Virus record (IMG/VR): IMGVR_UViG_3300045974_000760
Span: 64,001-128,000 of that record
DNA length: 64,000 nucleotides
Direction: 5' to 3' (one strand)
DNA from: a virus
Below the pieces are notes generated by a model. The model was not told where the DNA came from, did not search any database, and saw only the letters and a program-made list of their open reading frames with translations. Shown one piece after another: positions 38,198 to 46,645 of this stretch. The translations under genes and the position numbers were made by a program. Numbering within the stretch: the stretch's first letter is position 1; each line of letters begins with the position of its first letter.

Positions 38198-38958
38198 CCG
38201 TCTGTGGCGTCGCTGCGCGCGTCGGGGCGGGGTCTGCGATGGCGTTCAGCCCGCTCTCTCTCGGCGGGGTGAGATTGTGGCTCAATGGCCGCAATCCAGG
38301 GTCTCTGTGGACTACGTCCGGGCGGAGCGCCAATGTCGCGACGCCAGGAGACCCGATCGGATGCGCCGATGACCTGTCCGGGGTGACAGGCAATGCGCGC
38401 CAAACCGGCGCGGCGCAGCGTCCCACGTGGTCAAAGTCCATCTTTACGGCCGGCGCAATCTCGCTCGATGGCGCCGACGATTTCTTGCTCGGCGCCACGG
38501 CGGTATTTCCGACCAGTATGTCCGCGCGGACCGTGTTCGCGGCATGCGTGGTGTCCAACGTCACGCAGGTGTCAACGCTTTTCACGAACCGCACCGCAGC
38601 CCGCTACCATGCGATGCAGCTGAATAATCTGAACATTTCGAGCAACGGCGCGGACACGGCATCAAATGTCCAGACAAATAACACCGTTACCGCCTCCCTA
38701 TCGCGGTCAACGTACGGATTTGTGTGGCCCGGCTCGGGCGCGCCGTCTGTCTATCTCAATGGCGCGGCGCTGAATATCACCACCGGGTATCAGTGCCCGG
38801 ACACGGGTACTGACGGCTATCTGGTCGGCAAATCGCCGTACCCTGGCCAGAATTTTATCGGGCAAATCGCCGAACTGGTCTGCATCGATAGGGCACTGAG
38901 CAACACAGACTTGGCAGCACTGGTGGCCTACCTCAAGAGCGCCAACGGGACCGCATGA
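38194..38958 (+). CDS. LamG/ConA-like lectin-fold virion protein
   Basis: FSPLSL...LWLNG...LDGADD...FIGQIAEL...RALS. Confidence 0.7.
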   Translation: MTVCGVAARVGAGSAMAFSPLSLGGVRLWLNGRNPGSLWTTSGRSANVATPGDPIGCADDLSGVTGNARQTGAAQRPTWSKSIFTAGAISLDGADDFLLGATAVFPTSMSARTVFAACVVSNVTQVSTLFTNRTAARYHAMQLNNLNISSNGADTASNVQTNNTVTASLSRSTYGFVWPGSGAPSVYLNGAALNITTGYQCPDTGTDGYLVGKSPYPGQNFIGQIAELVCIDRALSNTDLAALVAYLKSANGTA

Positions 38959-39356
38959 CACTCTACAATCGTCGCATTATCGGAATCGTCCGCACAGACC
39001 TAGTGACCGCGGTCAATGCTGGTATTTTCTCGATCCTCGGCGAAGGCTACGAGTCCAACCTCACCGTGGCTCTCTCCGCAACAGGCGAGGAACCAGCCAC
39101 CCACTACGCCGGATCGGCGCAGATGCCAGAAGCCCAGCGCGATCTCGTCGTCGGTCTCATGAATCCGGCCGCTGGCGTATACGGATTCCCTGGCTGGGCC
39201 GATGGCGTGGATACAGACGAGACAGCCGTGAAGGTGACAGACCCCGCCAATATGCCGACACCCGTTGGAGAGCAGCGCGTCGTGTGGGATTTCGACGCCG
39301 CATGCGCCTCGCTTGGCCTTCGGCGCGTGCTGCCCAAGATGCCCTGGATGACATGA
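38955..39356 (+). CDS. Hypothetical protein (possible fibre chaperone)
   Basis: ATGA coupling. Confidence 0.55.
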   Translation: MTLYNRRIIGIVRTDLVTAVNAGIFSILGEGYESNLTVALSATGEEPATHYAGSAQMPEAQRDLVVGLMNPAAGVYGFPGWADGVDTDETAVKVTDPANMPTPVGEQRVVWDFDAACASLGLRRVLPKMPWMT

Positions 39357-39688
39357 CCGAATACGAGCAAGCCCTGGAACGGGGGCGGATCCTGGATAGA
39401 AGGATCGAAGCGCAGGAGCGGCATGTCAAGGCGTTCGCCGTGCTGGTCGGCATGTACGCTGCACTGGTGCTCGGCTACAGCGCGGTGGTTCTACACTACG
39501 TCCTCATTTTACGCCGCCTTCTACAAGCGGTGCCGGTCAAGTACCCTGAGAGGCATGACCCTCTCAGATCTCCTCCACGACATCAAGGTCGAGTTCCCGG
39601 GCTTTCGTCTCATGCCCAAAAGCGACTCGACCTTCATGAGCGTGCTCCACGTGCTCCTGACCATCATCACGCTCGGCGGGGCGCGTAA
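39353..39688 (+). CDS. Single-TM protein
   Basis: AFAVLVGMYAALVLGYSAVVLHYVLIL. Confidence 0.4.
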   Translation: MTEYEQALERGRILDRRIEAQERHVKAFAVLVGMYAALVLGYSAVVLHYVLILRRLLQAVPVKYPERHDPLRSPPRHQGRVPGLSSHAQKRLDLHERAPRAPDHHHARRGA

Positions 39689-40097
39689 GAGCTTCATGGA
39701 GGATTACGTCACCACCATCGGCAACACCATCTACATCCCCAACGGCTGGGGTTTGATCTCCGCGGAAGAGAAGGTTGTCCTTCTCCGTCACGAGCGCGTG
39801 CACCTTCGTCAGGCGCGCAAGTACGGAGCCTTCCTGTTCGCCTTTCTCTACCTCTGCTTCCCTCTGCCGCTCGTCTTCGCCTACTACCGCGCGAAGTTCG
39901 AGAAGGAGGCGTACGAGGAGAGCATGCGGGCTGATGCAGAGCAGTACGGCCTCACCGTCCTCAACGACAGCTACAAGGCCTTCATCCTCCGTCAGTTCAC
40001 GGGCCCGATGTACGGTTGGATGTGGCCCTTCAAGGCGGGCATTGAAACGTGGTACAACGACACCGTGAAACGCGTGAGCAAGGAGCTGTCCCGATGA
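39555..40097 (+). CDS. HExxH zincin-like membrane-associated protein
   Basis: TTIGNTIY...LLRHERVH...FEKEAY. Confidence 0.7.
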   Translation: MTLSDLLHDIKVEFPGFRLMPKSDSTFMSVLHVLLTIITLGGARKSFMEDYVTTIGNTIYIPNGWGLISAEEKVVLLRHERVHLRQARKYGAFLFAFLYLCFPLPLVFAYYRAKFEKEAYEESMRADAEQYGLTVLNDSYKAFILRQFTGPMYGWMWPFKAGIETWYNDTVKRVSKELSR

Positions 40098-40597
40098 CCC
40101 CCGAGATGCAGGCAGTGATGAGCGGTTTTTTCGATGAGATGAGCAAGCTCGCAGAGGGCGAAGAGAGCTTTCTTGACCGGCACGGTCACCACGTAGGTAC
40201 CGCGGCCCAAGGTGCCATAGCAGGTGGCTTCTTCGGGCACGAACTCGGAGGTACGCGTGGCGCGGCTTTGGGTGCGACGCTCGGAGGGTTGTACGGCGGC
40301 GGGGCCACCGAGCTCATGACCCGCGCACATCGAAATGCCATCCTCAGCGCCAACGACGACGAGCTGTTGAAGTCGCGTGAGAAGCTGCAGAACTTGCCCC
40401 GTAACAACGCCATACTCGGAACACTCGGGGGCGCAGGCCTCGGGTACGGGTACGGTAAGGGCTCTCCCGTGGCTGCGGGCATTGGCGCCACAATCGGCGG
40501 GTTGACCGGGTACGCGGTGGGGCGCGGCACACGCGCTCAGAACACGAAGAACATCGATAACCTGTTGGCATCGCGGGCAGAAGAAGGAGAGCACTGA
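40094..40597 (+). CDS. Glycine-zipper protein with N-terminal GFFDEMSKLA
   Basis: Repeated GxxxG tracts. Confidence 0.65.
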   Translation: MTPEMQAVMSGFFDEMSKLAEGEESFLDRHGHHVGTAAQGAIAGGFFGHELGGTRGAALGATLGGLYGGGATELMTRAHRNAILSANDDELLKSREKLQNLPRNNAILGTLGGAGLGYGYGKGSPVAAGIGATIGGLTGYAVGRGTRAQNTKNIDNLLASRAEEGEH

Positions 40598-43452
40598 TGC
40601 ATCCGCTGCTGCAAGGCTTCATCGCAGAGGTTCGCGAAGAACTGCAAAAGGAAGCTGACGATGATGGCTCAGCTGGGCCGCGTAGGGGTGACGGCCCCGG
40701 TGCGCGGTGGAAGGCTGAGCGCGCGGCTGACCCCGCGGTGGCAGCGCGAACAGAGCACATCGTGTCCAAGTATAGCCGCCGTCCTGAGGAGCCTAGCGAG
40801 AACCGCTACATCCACAAGCGCCCAGGGGCCACGCACCTGGGACCGACGTACCAAGGGCGACAGCGGCACGGCATGGCTAGCTTCGAGGTACCAGGCGAGT
40901 ACCACGACATGTCGCCGAACGAAGTCGAAGCGCTGAAGCGCCACCCGTTCCGTGACGCTGAGTACGAGCTCGCGAAGAAGCGACAAGATCTCGGAATCCC
41001 CGTGAGGCAGAGGCTCAGTCAAATCGAGCCGCGACAGACCGAGGCAGCGCCAGGCGAGCATCATCTGCCGGACACGCTCAAGGTGATGGAGCAGCACCCG
41101 CAAGGCGCGAACCTAGCCGCCATGGAAGAGCGGGAAGTCGCGAACGCCGTACGCGCTCGTGCTGTAGGTGAGCAGATACAGAAAAGCCAGGAGGCAATGC
41201 AAGAAAAGGCGATGCAGTTCGGCGAACGCGCTGCTGCGCGCGTCGGCTCGGCGGAGGATGCGGCGAAGGCGCTGCGCGCACCTGCGATGGCAGCACCTTT
41301 CGCGCTGGCCGGCTTGGCTGCCGGGCACCACCTTCTGTCGGAGAAGTACAAGGGCAGTACCGGCGAGAAAGTATTCAACCAGGGTCTCACCCCCGCATTG
41401 GCAGGCACGGCAATGGGCATTTCGGCCGGCGGGGTTCTCGGCGCTCTGAAAGGAAAGCCACTGGGGCGTTCCGCTCTGCTTGGTGCGGGCCTCGGGGCAG
41501 TTGGGGGCGTCGGCTTGGATCAGGCAATGCGCGCGATGAATACAGGCGCAATGCTCGACAAGTCGCCGCGGCAGATTCGAGAGCATATCGAGAAGCAGCG
41601 GCTCGTTCCTGCTATGAACGCTGGCACAAACGCACTGTCTGGAGGGGTAGTGGCGGGTACATCCGCGCTGGCACTACACTCAATGGGTGTTGCGCCGAAG
41701 TGGACAGTACCTGCAGCGGCCGTGGGCGGCGCTGCACTTGCCGGTAGTCTCGGGTATCACTACGGGCGCACAGCACTCGACCAGCTCAAGGAACGTGCAC
41801 AGTTGTTTGGCGTGGACCCGGAGATGAAGACAGCGAGCCTCTTCGTTGACAACGGGGCGCTGCGTCGCGGTGTGTTTCCGGCAATCGGTGAGGAGGCTGC
41901 TCGCGTAATGCAGTCGAAGGCCCCCACGTCTTCGTTGCCTGACAAGTTTCGGCGTTTCGGTAACTATTTGGAGCAGAACGTACACCTGCCTGAAGAGATC
42001 GCAGACGCAGCTCCGGAGAAGCTGACGCGCGTTCAGCGCGCCAAGCAGGTACTGCTCGGTTATCGCCCAGCAGCACTGCGTGAGCAGTACGAATCCGTGG
42101 CACCGGGACCGGAGAAGGAGAAGCTGCTCAAGGCGTTGACGCGCGAGGACTCCAACACCGGAATGGCCCGCGCTGGACTAGGTTCTGTGGCGGCTCCATT
42201 GGCGGCCGGTAGTATGTACGCCGGATATCGCGGGGCGAAGAAGTTCATTCCCTCTGTTGACATGAAGTACACCGGAGAGAAGGGCAACGCGAGTGAGGAG
42301 GAGATTGCGCGGCGTAAGGAGCTTGTGGGGGCATCAGGCACTCTCACGGCCGATGTCGCGGACCGGCTCAACACCGACAAGGGCTCGACCAGCAAGGTCA
42401 CGCTTCAGGATGCTACCGATGTCGCGAAGGGCACTGGCGGCGCAGCCGCGCTGACGCGCTACACAGGCAACTCTTCTCTCTCTCGTTTGTTGGGCGTAGA
42501 GACCGGCTATCACGGCACCACGCCAGAGGCAGCGCAGAAGATCTTGGCTACGGGGCTGGACCCAGCCTTCGGTGCGCGAGAGGGCGGGGCTACACGGCGG
42601 CTTGTGGCGCAGAGCAATGTCGCCGCGGCGCTGCGCGGGGAGAAGCCTATGACGAGGGAGGACATTCACCGCCTCAATCCGGCACAGGCTGCGCACGTAC
42701 TTGATGCGCATTTGGGCTACGGCGGCGAGCATCTGGCGGACGAGATTGAGCCGAAGATGCCGCTGATGACGCAGAGCCATGTACCCATCAACACGGAGCA
42801 GTTTGTGGATAACGCTCGCAATCGAACCTACATCGCGCGCGGCGAGCCAGGCATGTACGCTGCGGCGCAGTACGCATCGATGCAGGACCCTCTGGTAGCA
42901 CGGCGCATGAAAGCGGAGGGAGGCGCGCATTTGGCGGACGCAGCGGAGCGGCGTGATATCGGGGGGATGGGTAAGGGCTTGTCCGAAGTGGCGTCCGCTC
43001 CGATGCGTGCAAGGGCCGAGATGATGAGTGATGTGCCTGGCAAAGGACGCGTTGTAGCCATGGCGATGCCGATGGAGAAGTTCGAAAAGAACTTCGAGTT
43101 CGACGGAGACGACGCGACCCGTTTTCAGCATGGCTTTCGAACGGTGCGAGATGAGCAAGGCAAGGGCGTCCCTCTTATCGGTAAGGAGCACCTCAACCTC
43201 GGGGAGGTTACGACGGGCAACATCGTGCGTAACCGCTCCAAGGACATGATGGGTTACATCAAGAAGCACCCGGGTCGCTTCGCTGCGGGTGTCGCAGGTA
43301 CGGGCCTCAACGTAGCGGCACACGGGTACAACCTTGCGCACAACATCATCCCAACCGTGGGCAAGATGATTCCAGACGCGGTCAAGGACAAGGTTCGGTC
43401 CATGATGCCCACCATCGCTTCCCCCGAGACCGCCTCGGCCCCTGAGCAGTGA
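40597..43452 (+). CDS. Multidomain glycine-zipper protein with an ADP-ribosyltransferase-like domain
   Basis: GYHGTTPEAAQKILATGLDP, TYIA...AAQYA, GRVVAM; several GxxxG segments. Confidence 0.65.
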   Translation: MHPLLQGFIAEVREELQKEADDDGSAGPRRGDGPGARWKAERAADPAVAARTEHIVSKYSRRPEEPSENRYIHKRPGATHLGPTYQGRQRHGMASFEVPGEYHDMSPNEVEALKRHPFRDAEYELAKKRQDLGIPVRQRLSQIEPRQTEAAPGEHHLPDTLKVMEQHPQGANLAAMEEREVANAVRARAVGEQIQKSQEAMQEKAMQFGERAAARVGSAEDAAKALRAPAMAAPFALAGLAAGHHLLSEKYKGSTGEKVFNQGLTPALAGTAMGISAGGVLGALKGKPLGRSALLGAGLGAVGGVGLDQAMRAMNTGAMLDKSPRQIREHIEKQRLVPAMNAGTNALSGGVVAGTSALALHSMGVAPKWTVPAAAVGGAALAGSLGYHYGRTALDQLKERAQLFGVDPEMKTASLFVDNGALRRGVFPAIGEEAARVMQSKAPTSSLPDKFRRFGNYLEQNVHLPEEIADAAPEKLTRVQRAKQVLLGYRPAALREQYESVAPGPEKEKLLKALTREDSNTGMARAGLGSVAAPLAAGSMYAGYRGAKKFIPSVDMKYTGEKGNASEEEIARRKELVGASGTLTADVADRLNTDKGSTSKVTLQDATDVAKGTGGAAALTRYTGNSSLSRLLGVETGYHGTTPEAAQKILATGLDPAFGAREGGATRRLVAQSNVAAALRGEKPMTREDIHRLNPAQAAHVLDAHLGYGGEHLADEIEPKMPLMTQSHVPINTEQFVDNARNRTYIARGEPGMYAAAQYASMQDPLVARRMKAEGGAHLADAAERRDIGGMGKGLSEVASAPMRARAEMMSDVPGKGRVVAMAMPMEKFEKNFEFDGDDATRFQHGFRTVRDEQGKGVPLIGKEHLNLGEVTTGNIVRNRSKDMMGYIKKHPGRFAAGVAGTGLNVAAHGYNLAHNIIPTVGKMIPDAVKDKVRSMMPTIASPETASAPEQ

Positions 43453-43459
43453 GCCCCGC

Positions 43460-44255
43460 ATGACTCGACCTGAAGAGCAGCTGACCACACGTCGCGAGGT
43501 TATCCGAGACATCGACCGTCACGAGGACACCTGGCGCGGTGTGGTTTCGCAGGTTCAGGGCGAGAAGAAGCGGACGGCCAAGGACATAGCGAACAAGAGT
43601 AAGTGGGGGCCGCGCCTTGTGGTGCCCGGCGCAGTCGCAGGGCTAACGGCGGGTGTTGTGGCTCCTAGTCTTCTGTCCACGGAGTTGATGCGGCGCGGGT
43701 ACAAGGGACTGGGTACCGCGGCAGCGATTATGACGCCCGCCACTGCTTTTGGCGGCGCGCTCTACGGTGGTATTGGCGGCTACCGCCTCGGCGACAAGAT
43801 TGATGACACACCTCAGCGCGACGCGCTGCGGGAGCATTTGAGCAATCTCTCCTCCTACGGGCGACATCGACAAGAAGACCCGCGACCAGCTCGTGCGGGA
43901 TTACAACGAGGACAAGCTCAAGGCACTGCTCGTCTCTTCGGCGGGCGGGGAAGGCCTCGACCTCAAGGGCACCCGCCTCGTGCAGATGCTCGACCCACAC
44001 TGGAACAACGAGAAGCTCCGTCAGGTGGAAGGCCGGGCCATTCGCTACAAGAGCCACGACCACCTGCCCGAGGAGGAGCGCAACGTCACCATCAACAACT
44101 ACCTGGCGACGCGCCCTCGTAAGGGCATCCTCGAGAGCTTGCACATCTCCGACCCGGGCCTTGGTGCGGACCAGTACCTGACGCGACGGTCTGGCGAGAA
44201 GGACAAGCTGATCGACCAGTTCAAGGGGCTGCTCCCGAACTCGAAGAAGAGCTAG
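43460..44255 (+). pseudogene. Glycine-zipper N-terminus joined out of frame (+1) to an SNF2-type helicase C-terminal fragment
   Basis: TGDIDKKTRDQLVRDYN...SSAGGEGLDLKG...DPHWN...QVEGRAIRYKSH in a frame open only from 43842. Confidence 0.65.
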
Positions 44256-44393
44256 GACATTGTACGCCCCTCCCGCTTTTCGATAGGGGCGCTACGTCTC
44301 TTTCTCTCGCTGAAATATTGAGCGCGAAGCCGGAATAACAACCGTGCGCGCCCACTACTTTCAGTCGGGCCAAACGAAAGAGACCAGCCAAAA

Positions 44394-45332
44394 ATGTCCA
44401 GCAAGAAGCCCAACAAAGCAGCACCCATCGCAGCCGCCAAACAAGCCGAAGTCATTCAAGCCGCAAGCGAGCGGGTGAAGGGGCTCAGCATCGACACGGT
44501 GCTCGAGACCGCAGCAGCCCTACGAAGCAGCTTGAACAAGAAGGTGGATGAGATTGCCCAGGTTACGCAGAGCAAGCTCGGGGATGTTGCCGCTCTCGAC
44601 ATCGTCATCGCGGAGCGCAAGTCGACCATCTCCCGCTTGGCGGGCATCGACGCAGAGCTCGAGGGGTACGAGGCGAAGAAGGCGGACCTCGAGGCAGAGC
44701 TCACCGACCTCGAGGTGAAGAAGGTCGACCTCGAGAGGCAGCTCGCTGACGAGGACACGGCACGTGCGGCCCGCATCAAGCGGGAGGAGGAGCTGATTGC
44801 CCTCTCCCGCAAGCAGGAGAAGGAGGCATACGACTACAACATTGCGAAGGCGCGACGGGACCTCGAGGATGCGTTCCGAGCCGACCTCGAGAAACGCAAG
44901 CGTGAGGAGACGCTTCGCCGGGAGGACTGGGAGCGCCTCCTCAACCGCGAGAAGAACGACCACGAGGCGTGGCTTGCCTCGGGCAACATCGAGAAGATTC
45001 GCAAGGAGATGGAGGACGGCTTCACGCTCCAGCTCACGACGTCTCTCAACGCCCTCCGCTCTGACCTGACGGACAAGGCGAAGGATGCGGCGCGTCTTGC
45101 AGCCTCCCAGCTCGACAGCGTCAAGAGCCAGCTCGATAGCTCGAACGCGCAGCTCAAGGCGGCCAACCTCGAGCTCGAGCGTCTGCGTCTCGAGAACGCG
45201 GCGGCAGGGGCCCGTATCGAGAGCATCGCCGTCAAGGCGGTGGAGGGGGCGGCCTCTCGCGAGGGCTTCGCCAACCGAGTCGTCGAGACGGCGTTGCAGC
45301 AGCCGACGGTTCAGCCGCGCACCACGCGCTGA
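44394..45332 (+). CDS. Long coiled-coil protein
   Basis: E/K/R/A/L heptads over about 250 aa. Confidence 0.75.
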   Translation: MSSKKPNKAAPIAAAKQAEVIQAASERVKGLSIDTVLETAAALRSSLNKKVDEIAQVTQSKLGDVAALDIVIAERKSTISRLAGIDAELEGYEAKKADLEAELTDLEVKKVDLERQLADEDTARAARIKREEELIALSRKQEKEAYDYNIAKARRDLEDAFRADLEKRKREETLRREDWERLLNREKNDHEAWLASGNIEKIRKEMEDGFTLQLTTSLNALRSDLTDKAKDAARLAASQLDSVKSQLDSSNAQLKAANLELERLRLENAAAGARIESIAVKAVEGAASREGFANRVVETALQQPTVQPRTTR

Positions 45333-45358
45333 GATATTCGCGTCGGCGAGAAAATGTC

Positions 45359-45383
45359 AAAGCCCTCTTCCGAGGGCTTTTTC
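45359..45383 (+). terminator. Intrinsic terminator between convergent units
   Basis: aaagccctc-ttcc-gagggcttt-ttc. Confidence 0.7.
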
Positions 45384-45393
45384 ATTAGCTATG

Positions 45394-45464
45394 CGGTTCT
45401 GGCTGGAGTCGAACCAGCTTCCGGGAAGTTAGAAATCCTTGTTCGGCCGTTGAACTACAGAACC
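45394..45464 (-). tRNA. Putative amber-suppressor tRNA (CUA); alternative is a degenerate Arg(UCU)
   Basis: GGTTCTG TA GTTC AACGGCC GAAC A AGGAT TT-CTA-AC TTCCC GGAA GCTGG TTCGACT CCAGC CAGAACC G. Confidence 0.65.
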
Positions 45465-45465
45465 T

Positions 45466-45501
45466 TGGTGCTCCCGAGTACGCCGTCGCGAAGGTGGGAG
45501 C
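45466..45501 (-). ncRNA. Acceptor-stem-like minihelix ending in ACCA
   Basis: GCTCCC-20 nt-GGGAGC-ACCA, 1 nt before the tRNA 5' end. Confidence 0.35.
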
Positions 45502-45519
45502 GGGGCCGTCTCTACAACA

Positions 45520-45843
45520 TCAACGAGCGAGTGCAAGAGGAAGTTTGCGCACCAGCTTACTGCTCTTGTTGCCTGGCTCGAGCGCGAAGGCGGTCAAGCT
45601 GTTGTTGAGGTCGGGCTCGAAGAAGAGGGCCGTACGGAGGCCTCGTAGACTCGCCTCTTCAGCCAGCCGGCGGAGCTACGTTTCGTCAGGCACGGATAGA
45701 ACTGCGAGCGTGTTACTAGCGGCATACCAGCTCTCCTCCAGATCGCGATGGTGAGCTTGAAACACACGGCACGCATGACACGCTTGAGCGACTTGGAGAC
45801 CGGGAGGCAGATCTGCTCTGACGATGACATAAAGTTTCTCCAT
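45520..45843 (-). CDS. Pth2-like peptidyl-tRNA hydrolase with an in-frame TAG at codon 56
   Basis: MEKLYVIVRADLPPGLQVAQACHA...VLSVPDET*LRRLAEE...FFEPDLNNSLTAFALEP...KLPLALAR; GAGGAG SD. Confidence 0.8.
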
Positions 45844-46120
45844 CGGCGTACTCCTCATTCTCAAGGATGGGCCGTTCAACTCGGATGTAACTCTCAAGCG
45901 CAGTCACATCAGCAAGAAGATCGCAGCCTTCCTTGTGCTTACAATCTGCCTTCTTGGTGGTGCGCGTGTCGTATCTCGCTCGACAAGAATCGCAGAGATA
46001 GTCGTACCCGACGACGCAGCAACGCATCGTCACGGGCGACTCCTTCCACATCTCCTCCTTGGCGCGGTCGACCATCCGCTCGATCCGATCGAGCAGCTCT
46101 AGGTCCATCGACGACATCAC
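45716..46120 (-). CDS. Small Cys/His-rich hypothetical protein
   Basis: Coupled to upstream gene; tail overlaps the Pth2-like gene; ends TAG. Confidence 0.5.
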   Translation of the reverse strand: MMSSMDLELLDRIERMVDRAKEEMWKESPVTMRCCVVGYDYLCDSCRARYDTRTTKKADCKHKEGCDLLADVTALESYIRVERPILENEEYADGETLCHRQSRSASRSPSRSSVSCVPCVSSSPSRSGGELVCR

Positions 46121-46476
46121 TCCGCTGCCTCGTCCTTCTTGTACGGCACCTTCACGCGAGGCGGAGGAGCGGGGATCGCCCCTTCCTTGTTCGCGAGCCA
46201 GGTTGTCAGCGCCTCTTTCGATACGTCTGCTTCCCCGATCATCGCGTCGCGGAAAACGATGACGAGTAGAGAGATATTCGGGAAGTTATGCTCGAACCCG
46301 TTCTCCTTCTGCACCTTGTGGGAACGCTCGATACGTCGGTACGGGAAACCACGTATGAAGCCCCAAGCAAGATTGCCGTACCGGCCTTCTTCCTTGCAGT
46401 GCTTACGGAACGACTTGTGGAACGCCTTGATCTTCTCTTGCTCTTCAGCTGGCAACTGCTTGTAGTTCTCGAACAT
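46117..46476 (-). CDS. Hypothetical protein (LAWGFIRGFPYRRIE motif)
   Basis: GAGGA SD; first gene of the minus-strand operon. Confidence 0.65.
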   Translation of the reverse strand: MFENYKQLPAEEQEKIKAFHKSFRKHCKEEGRYGNLAWGFIRGFPYRRIERSHKVQKENGFEHNFPNISLLVIVFRDAMIGEADVSKEALTTWLANKEGAIPAPPPRVKVPYKKDEAAE

Positions 46477-46645
46477 GGTTGTAGTCCTCTCTATTGAAGG
46501 TTCTTGTTGTGGAGTCAACAACAAGCAACTGGGAGGACCACGAGGCAGCTAGAAGAAGTGCATGACTCACCGAACATAACACGCGTACTTCGCCGCGCAA
46601 TATCGCGAGGCAATGTCCGGGATAAGGAAGCTGAAAGGAGGTCTT

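Noticed and set aside
42334-43512. Long minus-strand ORFs (e.g. 392 aa here, 298 aa at 4313-5209)
   Set aside because: Antisense shadows of GC-rich plus-strand genes, with no motifs or SD.
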